Positions 54,653 to 64,000 of a stretch of 64,000 nt of DNA are shown here, in pieces (the stretch's first letter is position 1; each line of letters begins with the position of its first letter). A program made the translations under genes and the position numbers. The DNA is from the human T2T-CHM13v2.0 reference genome, Homo sapiens. The DNA lies in the NCBI RefSeq assembly GCF_009914755.1, contig NC_060947.1; one strand, written 5' to 3'. A model generated the notes under the pieces. It did no database searches, had not been told where the DNA came from, and saw only the letters and a list, made by a program, of their open reading frames with translations.

Positions 54653-56046
54653 TTGACAATCTTATCACCTCTTAAAAGCTGCTTCCCAAATTCCCTTCTA
54701 TTATTTTGCTATTGCTCAAGTTATCAATACGTATTGCCTTTTTGCATGTTGATGTGCAAATTTAACAATTTTTGAAAACCTTCAACAAGACTAGTGAGAT
54801 TCAGATTTGCCATCTAAATAGCTCCAGCATACAAAGTTCTAAACCATTTTTGACAGAAGGCCTAAATAATGATTTTTATGTCTTCAGGTCAGAAATTCTA
54901 GGGGAGCTTGGTATAACGTGTGACTCCCAGAAGAATGTGTTATTTGTGTCTGAAAAATTATTTTTGCCTTACCCTGTGTTTGCAGTCATCATTGGTTTAA
55001 GAACCAGATGGATTTTGAAAACCAGGAAACTCTGGGATGTAAGAGAAGAATAAGGAAAGGCAACATCTATAAGACCCTATAAGTTACCCAGACATCTGGT
55101 TGGATTCTTTATGCTTACTGTATCAGGGCAATGATGCCAGAAAGGAAGTGACACAGATATTTGCAAATTATATTATTTGTAATTTTTGACACATTGGTTG
55201 ATAAGCTTCTAATATTTATAGAAAAATCTATTAAATCTTCATAAATATTTTTGTAAGATGTATTGGGTTTCTAAAAGTTTTCTATGGATATTATCAATCA
55301 GTGAATATTAAGTTAAAAAGAATCAGCTCCAGAAACAATCCTTGGGTATAATGGGAACATCAAACTTCTTGTTAGATGATCAGCTTTAATCAAAATATAT
55401 TCTTTGCATGTGGCATTTACATTTTAGATCATAGGGAAATTGGAGTTCTGACAATTGGCTAACAATTTCTAATATGTTTTGTTTAGATAAATTTGACCAT
55501 GTATTAAAGATCATCCTACAGAGATGTAACAGTGTCACTTTAATATTCTTATGCCTACTTCATAGTAAGGCAAATAAAATCTTCAGAATTGTTGCTGGCT
55601 GCCTAAACATGGGTTACTGTTTATTAATATTTTCTTTTTCTTGTTTGTTACCTTTCTAGAAACTTGAGATTTTCATGTGATGCTCTCTTTCTCTTTTTTT
55701 GTATGCCCTTAAGTATTTTGTGTAAAGCAATTAAAACAGTAATTTCAGTAACTAGTTTATGTCATGTACCAAATTCAAAAATGACAGCTAAGAATGAAAT
55801 TTAGCTCTAGCAAGGAGGCTTTAATTAAAGGATCCTTGCATCTATTTCAGTGACTTCCTGTTAGTAATTCAACCATCTCCTGGTTCACTATTTCTGCAGT
55901 GCTCTGAAAATGAAGCTTGTCTACTTATTTTTTTTTTGTGTGTTTCGTAAGAATTGAAGAAGCACTCATAAGAAAGGGAAAGGGAAAGAGGGAAAGCAAA
56001 TGGACCTAGGATATCATGCCAAGTGTGTGGGGTGTTATTCAAATAA

Positions 56047-56051
<5 letters not shown>

Positions 56052-56109
<58 letters not shown>
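56052..56109. repeat. Compound (TA)n(GA)n microsatellite
   Basis: Direct read. Confidence 0.97.
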
Positions 56110-56734
56110 AGGTTTATAAAACAAAAATTGCAGAAAGTACATTTTTACTATTTGTTTAAAGAAGAACCCATAAAAGAAGTTTTCTGAGATAAAGTTGAAA
56201 AATGCACATAGAGGCAGGTGGTGCCATTAGCCCTGCTGTTGGGACTGACAGATCAGTACTGAAGTGGCATCAGGGTAGGAAGGTATCAGCTTCAGTAATG
56301 GAGAGATGTCCAAAGGAAAGATTGCTCTATCACAGTGATGGGATCCTAGCATGTTATAAATCGAAGATTGTTCTTTCCTGCCACTGAGATGAGCAGCTCT
56401 TTCTCCTTTCGAGAATGAAATGTTGGACACAGACAAGGAAAAGATGAAAACAAAAAAGTAGGAAAAAGTTTTTTCTCTTTAATGTAAATCTCCCGGGAGA
56501 ACAGACAGTGTAGTGCCAATCTCCATTTTAAACAGGAGGCGAAGAAAATGCTCACTTTTGGCAATTTCTTCTCATCTTAGCATACAGAATAGGTAAATTA
56601 TGGTAATAGTTCTATATGTCTCTTGATATAACTTGGTTCTTATTGTTTTTTAAATTGGAACTATTAATAGATTTACACTTTTGGTTTGGAATGAAAGATA
56701 TATTGAGCTGGGATGAGATTCGGTTAGAAGAAGG

Positions 56735-56930
56735 TGCAGTGTGTAGTAAAACCTGTACAACCCAGCTTTTGATTTCTGGCCAACTTGCTCTTACATATAA
56801 CTAACTAGGCGATATTAGGCAAGATACTTTCCCTCTTTGAGTGTAGGTCTCCTGATCAGTGAACTGGGAGATGACATGTAAATAGAACCTAGCACACGAC
56901 CGTGTTTGTAGTAAGTAGTTGAAAAATGTT
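56735..56930 (+). mobile_element. MIR SINE
   Basis: ttaggcaagatactttccctctttgagtg...gaacctagcacacgaccgtg...tagtaagtagttgaaaaatgtta. Confidence 0.6.
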
Positions 56931-57694
56931 ATTCTCTTTTCCTTCCCAGCAGTCTAAGTTAACCTACGTGGCCAATATTTGTCTTTTTCTGGAAATAAGT
57001 AAATGGGAACAAAATAACTTTTTGATGATTATTTTAAAAATATTTTATTGCATTAAGATGATATTAGTGAAGTTCTATATAAATCATGAAGTTTGCAAAA
57101 CTGATTGCATTTTAATAAACAAAATTAAAGGAAACACACATAATTAACACAAAAAATTTCCAACAAAATATATAAATTATAACATGGGCAGGGTTACAAC
57201 TTTGTTATCATTTTAGCCACAGGTTGATTGAAGAACCTGCCCAAACCCCCACATGAAGATTATTGACAAAGGTGGAAATGAGCACCACATTTTTCTTTCT
57301 TTCCATCTAGCACTCCAGCTTTAGGCTCATAAAATGTGTCACTGGGCAAACTAAGCATAGGGATTTTTATTTTTTTAAAAAAAGAATATAACAAAAAACA
57401 AAACTAGTGGGAAAAAAGCACATCATGTGAAGTGAGGTACCTCTTTTAGGGAAACATATAGAACATCAGTGAAGATACTAATTGATCTATATATTAATTA
57501 ATCAACATACTAATCAGAAATAAAATACCAAATTATAACTTCTTGAAGAGCAGCATGGTATTTCTCTACATACTCTATTTTGACCAAAATAGCAAAGCAT
57601 GACTTTCTTCTGAAGAGAGACATGCCACTGATGTCCAAGATGAGAATTATAATAAAAGAAAAATATTCTCACAAAATAATGCATTGAATTAAGG

Positions 57695-58069
57695 AAGCAG
57701 TTCTCAAACTACAGTCTTGGGTACTCCCAGAGGCCTCTAAGATGCTTTCAATGGTTCCATAGGTCCCTCCTTTTTCAAGTACACATGCGCGTGAGACTAA
57801 ATTTTCTCCCTGTACTTTAACCAAAACAACATACTGCATCTGACTGAACGTAGAAGAGAATTCAGTTGTCTTTTGAATTTACAAAAAATGTAAAACAGTG
57901 CCATTCTTGTCACTGAATATTGTTTTTGCTTGTTTGTTTTTAAAAATAGTTACCTTGTCTTAAAATGTATTATTTATGTTAATAGATAATGGTTTTATTA
58001 TTGTATTTTTAATGAATTGATAAATAAGATGGAAAACAGTCCTAAGACCAAAACCTTTGAGAACTGCCT
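57695..58069. mobile_element. hAT-Charlie non-autonomous element with both TIRs
   Basis: TIRs aagcagttctcaaa (57695-57708) and tttgagaactgcct (58056-58069). 8-bp TSD aattaagg / atttaagg with the central TA typical of Charlie. Confidence 0.85.
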
Positions 58070-58715
58070 ATTTAAGGTATGAGAATTTTTGTGTTTAGAG
58101 ATTAGATCTCCACCTCATTTTGTGTGTGTGTATATTCTTCTTATAAAAGTAAAATATAAGTTAGAAAACATTTGGGAATTTGTGTAAAGTCAAATATTAA
58201 TCCCCTATATTCACATAATCCAAAGGTATTGCATTACCTTTCTTCATTTCCTCTATGCACACATCTACATATTTATTTAAACAAAATTAGGATCATAAGC
58301 TTTACACATTTCTGCATCTTTTTTTCACTTAACATTGTATGATGAATACTTTTGTGATTTTTCAATAATCTTCAGAAATATGCTATTTAATGACTGTGTA
58401 ATGATCCTTTATATAAAATCCTTAAGCACTGTGTTGGTGGGCGTATTGATTGTATTTTTAGGTGTTGTTAGTATCATCTTAATCATCATCACTTTTGTCA
58501 TCGTATTTAACATTTATTAGGCTCTTATTATGCTCTAGGCAATGTGCTAAACTCTTTATGTGCCTTATTGCATGTAACCTACTTTTGGGGTGTCTTGATA
58601 TTTCCTCTAAGAAATGGTCTTCCTCTTTCTTCCACTTACATCCCTTCAATTATTTCTGTCATTGGATCTAGCTGACAGATCATATGGAAAAGGGAGTGAG
58701 ATATATTGAACCAAT

Positions 58716-58978
58716 TTCTTTTTTTTTTTGGAGACAGGTGTGATCTTGGTTCACTGCAGCCTCCAGCTCCTGGGCTCAAGCCATCCTCCTGCCTCAGCCT
58801 CCTGAGTAGTTAGGGCCACAGGCCCATGCCACCATGCTCGTTTAATTTTTTGTGCTTTTGTAGAGATGGGGTTTTACTATATTTCCCAGGCTGGTCTCCA
58901 ACTCCTGGGGTCAAGAGATCCTCCCACCTAGGCTTGCTAAAGTGCTAGGATTACAGGCGTGAGCCACCACACCTGGCC
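58716..58978 (-). mobile_element. AluJ-type SINE with a short internal deletion
   Basis: gagacaggtg joins directly to tgatcttggttcactgcagcc, about 35 bp shorter than the other Alus; ends ...cacacctggcc. Confidence 0.92.
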
Positions 58979-61949
58979 TACAACTCTTGCTCTTAATATA
59001 TAAGAAGCAAAGGAAAAAAAATGCCTGATTATTGCAGTCTAATTAATTCTAATGACAATAACTATATAAAAATATTGTCATTATGGTTTTATTTTTTCTG
59101 CTTTTGTTTGATATGGTCAGCTAAGATGCTTTCTCTTTCTTTTCTATTCAGGATTCTTGGGATGGTGGAATTTGCTCTAGTTAGTTTGGTTAGAATCACC
59201 ACAGATATGGATACAGATCGGATAGGGTCTAGATAGCCTTAAACTCAGACAAATTCTGCCTCACAGATATGCAATATACTAATTCCAGTCTGCTCCTTTA
59301 AGAACACATGTCATTGGTTATTAGGACAATCAGGCAAGAGAATGTGGATAGCTCACTATAAACCATCCATAGGGATGGTTGAGTACTAATGACATTTTGG
59401 CATATTGGAAAAAAAATATTTTTCAGAATAAAGAATCGAGTATTGATTTCCTCACCATCATACAATTCTTTTTAAATTTTTTAAATCAGAAAGTTGTTCA
59501 TTTTTTAAGCTTGGCTTTGCAGGTTAGGTTTTTTGAAAGTATTCAGGCACATTCTAAACTTCCCAGATGTGAGGAAATTGAAAGCACACAATGTTTACTG
59601 ACATGTAAAACTCTGGGACACAGTTTTCATTAGTTAAATTTAAAATCTTTTCTTTTCTTTTTTACCCTTTGTAAATGTGACCAGTGAGGCAGATTAAATT
59701 AGCTAGGGAAGTCAGAGGCTAAGGGTCATTTTGCCTCTCATCTGCACGTGCAATATCAACTGAAATAAGTGATTATTTTTCATTACAATCAAGATTATTA
59801 TCTATTGTATTTTCATACCATTTCCTATAGTGAAATTATGCGTTATGCTTTTTAAATCTGGTATCTTAATAGAAACTCACGTTAGAAATATAGAAGCTAG
59901 CCGTGAGACTGTGTTCTTAAAACTAATGATCTAGATTCATGAAAGGATAGGAATACTTAGTTTAATACATTTTCCAGTATATATATTTATTTGCCATCTT
60001 TAACTTCAAAGTTGTGTTCTTTGAACAACTTGTTCTTTAGGAATGAAATAATCTTTCAGAAGGTACCCATGTTAGTGGTGACAAGACCCATTAAATATTT
60101 AAATAGTGTTATTAGGTACATCATAAAAATACATGTAGAAATTGTCTATTTTAAAATATTTAGCCATATGTCAAATATAAAATGTTACTAATGTGCTGAG
60201 TTGAGGAGACTTTGGTTAACTTTTGAGTAGGTTTATTGTCATGTAACCTTTTGGGATTCTTTCCTTTTCTTTAAGGAGACAAATGGATGATTGTAACATG
60301 AACATTTAAAAATGAAATGCTTAATGGAAACATGAATAAATGGAAACAGATTTGCCTGTCAAAAATTAAATAGCAATATTCTTTGATTAATATCAAAATC
60401 TAATCTAAAATAGTTTTAGCCATTTCATGCAGGTGACATCTGTGCTTAAATATAATTTTCTCTCCCTGTTCTGGCATGACTGTTAATTACTTACTCAATG
60501 TAGTTCAACATTTAGTTAATAAATATGTCAAGCTTTTTCCTTAGTGTTCTTTTTGCAGAGTTGTGAATTTGCAATTAGTTTTAGATTTACAACATGGTGA
60601 CAGACAGTGCTGTATAAATAGAGGTTAAACACACAATTTACATATTAATTCCATGATTCGTTTATTCAATGATTTATGGGGATATAGATTGCATTTAATG
60701 TCTGTCCTGTAGTTGTTTCAGGCATGACAAAAGGAATCACTATAGTAGCAGAGAAGTAATGGTGTCTATATTGAACTACAGGGTGTTGAGGGGAAAATAA
60801 GAAAGATTTGGAAACACAATGATTCATTACCTTTAATACTCTCCAAGTGGCAAGTGAAAAGTAATAATTGATTTTTAAAAGGATTACATCTGATAATTCT
60901 AAGAGTAGGGGAGGAGATAAATTAACCCGCTAGCATAGTGTCTTGCACATAGTAGGAACTAAAATGTTTGTTCAATTGAAGTGACTTGAAGTTGAGGATC
61001 ATAATATGTTTTTAAGACTGGATAAAACTTAAGTTAAACTTTGAGAAGCTTTAAACAAATCTTTTTTAGCTGACTTCTATTAATTGGCCTTGTTTCCTCA
61101 TGACAGGTGCCGTCATATTTTAAAAATCCTCTTATCCATTATCTATGTAGATTTATTAGATATTCTTGGCCATATTGATGCAATGCCAAACATAGACTGC
61201 AATAAGGAGATTTTCTTACTGCTTATTTTTTTTTAGAAATATCAGTATCTCTGAATGATTAAAATAGGCTATGTTATGTAATGAAACGAAAACCTCTCAA
61301 GTTTGTAGTGGACATAGGTCTGCTTTCAAGATATTTCAAAAAAATCTATTCAAGATAGGTAAATGCTGTCTATACTCTTTTTTTGCAATATCAAACATAT
61401 GATTAATTAACTTATGGATTTAATCCATAAGTTTAAACCGGATAAAACTTACTAGATACAGTAATATTCCTGAAGCAACTTGTGGTCCTCAAACTGACTT
61501 CATGTTGCCCCTTTAAATGTCAACAGCAGTTATTGTGGAGAATACTTAACTTAGTGCTGGGAGATTGACCTTATTTTCTTCTTGAGAAGATCATGCCCTA
61601 CAATTCTGATACTCTCAAGAACCTCCTCTATGTAAAGATACAAATGTAAAACCCACTAATTCTCAGCAAGGACTGTGGATTACTTTCACAGGTCACTGAG
61701 CTGGGTTCTCCGAATAGGTAAAGTACTTTGGGGACATCTTTGTATTACCTATGTACTTTTTCAAGCCACTAGAGTTAGCAATTACTGCAAGAAGCAGAAT
61801 TTTTTAACTTAAATTCTAGTGGCTGGAAATCATACCAAAAACCCAGGAACTGTAAGTTTAATTTAATAAATCTGTTCAATATGCGTTTGTTTAATCCCTA
61901 CTTAATTCCAAGTCCTTTTACATACTTGCCAAGTCCTTTTACAAAATCC

Positions 61950-62120
61950 AAAGATCTCATTTAATCCTTATATACCCCTCAATAGGGCATGATTAAATCC
62001 ATTTTTGCAGATGCAAAATCTGAGCCTCTGGGAGGATACATGGCTTGCTCTGGAGACAATTTTGTAAGGATTGGAACTCAGATGGGTCTGGCTCCAAGGA
62101 GTTACCTTTTCTTTCACATC
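61950..62120 (-). mobile_element. MIR SINE
   Basis: tctcatttaatcctt...ccatttttgcagatgcaaaatctgagcctctgggagg...ggattggaactcagat. Confidence 0.7.
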
Positions 62121-63269
62121 ATGGTGTCTCCTATTAAGGGATGGAGTTAATGTGTTTGCAGAGGCACCTAAAGTATCCCAAAAAGTAAAATTGGAAGGTC
62201 TAATCCAGGATGTTCCATCTTAAGCCTTGGCAACATTTGTTCAACTCTTACTTAACGTTGCCCAGTCTAAATGATGCTTCCAGTAATTTTAGCAATTTTA
62301 ATTAAGTAGACAGAGTTGATTACTTCAATTGCCTGCATTGCCTTTTGTCAGTGATTCAAATCCAGCTATTTCACATGTTCAGAGCTCCCAAGTGCTTCAG
62401 AAAAGTTCTAGGAGCTAAAGAGTTAAATGACTGGTGAATAAATCTTCACAATTTTCACACTTCTTTACTCAGTGGTGTCTCAGCATTTTTCTTGAATGGA
62501 GCAGTTTCTTATAATTTTACTAGAAAGATTAAAACACGTTTGCAGTGAAGGTAGTATGCAAATACATGACATGCGTTGGATCCCTGAGGTAATCTAATGA
62601 TATAATGCAGGGAGATTTAGTGAAAAATAAAGTCATAGCACCAAAACAATTGGTAGTAAAGCAAACAGAAAATTTCAAAGCCAGTTCTTTGGTTCTTCTT
62701 CACCTGATGGCTCTTATCCTTTTTCTCTTTATCTTTTCCTTCTTGACTCCATTTTCTACTGCCTTGTGGCTTTCCAAAGAGTGAGGCAGGGATAAAGGCT
62801 TGATTTTATGTGGAGACATCTTCTAACCATTTAAAATTCACAGCAAAAAATGTAATGGACTTAAAACTGCCAAAAATGATTGACTGGGAGTGGAAAATGA
62901 AGAGGAATTTCTAGGAAGAAAAATGCTTAGTGGAGTACATTTCATTCTGGGGCCCATACTTGAAATTATAACCATCCCCACTTGCTGAGCACCTAATAGG
63001 AACTTTCCAAGTTGAGCAAATAGAGGTCAATAAAATAAGCTCCTTCCCATTAATAAAAGTTAGCTTATTATAGCCTTCTGCACTGTAAGCTGTCTTTTCA
63101 GCCAATGATTAATACCACCTAGAGCTTGCATATGGAGGGAAATTGAAGTAGGGTGAGTGAAGTGATTATTTTCAACAGTAGATTACCTAGAAAAAGACAA
63201 TTTAATGAATGAACAGGTAGGTTCATTTCTGGCCAAATTTCAAATGTGGTGTCAAAAATAAACACTTGA

Positions 63270-63583
63270 GGCCAGGCACAGTGGCTCATACCAGTAATCC
63301 CAGCACTTTGGGATGCTGAGGTGAGAGGATTGCTTGAGGCCAGGAGTTCAAAACAGGCCTGTTCAACATGGCAAGATCCCATCTCTATAAAAGAAAAAAA
63401 AAAACACACACTAGCTGGGCCCGGTGGCATGCCTCTGTAGTTCCAGCTCCTCGGGAGGCTGAGGCAGAGTATTGCTTGATCCCAGGAATCTGAGGCTTCC
63501 ATGAGCCATGATCCTGCCACTGCACTCCAGCCTGGGCAATAGAGGGAGACCCTGTCTCAAAACAAAACAAAACAAACAAACAA
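63270..63583 (+). mobile_element. AluJ-type SINE with a (CAAAA)/(CAAA) tail
   Basis: Full dimer. Perfect 16-bp TSD aaaaataaacacttga at 63254-63269 and 63584-63599. Confidence 0.96.
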
Positions 63584-64000
63584 AAAAATAAACACTTGAA
63601 AGCTAAGGACAGGAGAGGGTGCTGAAACTTACATATTCTTCTCCCATATAGATCCACAAAACTGAATCAATTGCATTTCCATTTATTTAAATAATTTGCA
63701 TGTATCAGCAGTGTATTCTTATCTTGGTTTGTAGATGAGTTTCTCTTTTCTTGCTGGACATAGAGTTAAATCTCACTTTTAAATCCCTTGAAATTGAAAT
63801 GTGATGAGCAGATGACTATAGGGAGCAGGTGTCAAACAATATTTAAATGACATTTTCAACAAAATAAATATTTGAACCACCCTGTCACATTGGTGATAGA
63901 ATAATCTGCTCCAAAAAAAAAAAATGCCATTCATTGTATACCGCCTCTGACATTTGTTCTTCAGGAATTACTTACAGTTTATCTTCTGAGCTGGAGCCTT

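Overview
AT-rich, CpG-poor primate (probably human or hominoid) non-coding DNA, [14 protein letters not shown] a deep intron of a large gene or a gene desert. By eye about half is transposon-derived: decayed L1 copies (L1PA, L1PB and L1M classes), nine Alu or Alu-monomer copies, a complete MSTA-type MaLR provirus inserted into an AluJ, THE1, MLT1 and MER52-like LTRs, Tigger and Charlie DNA-transposon relics, and MIR/L2 fragments. I recognise no intact protein-coding gene, tRNA, rRNA or CRISPR array. The listed ORFs are L1 ORF1/ORF2 remnants, antisense repeat frames or chance ORFs. I cannot support a new biological system here. The best observations are: (1) a probable ancient L1PB 3' transduction of about 300 bp defined by a perfect 19-bp target-site duplication (TSD); (2) several fold-back templated insertions at lesions inside dead L1s; (3) two 5'-inverted (twin-primed) L1s; (4) a CpG-retaining ~80-nt hairpin in unique DNA; (5) a perfect 42-bp tandem duplication; (6) repeat-poor blocks with PBX-HOX, MEIS and GATA motifs that may be enhancers. 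Subfamily names come from recalled consensus features, not a database search. Boundaries without TSDs are approximate.
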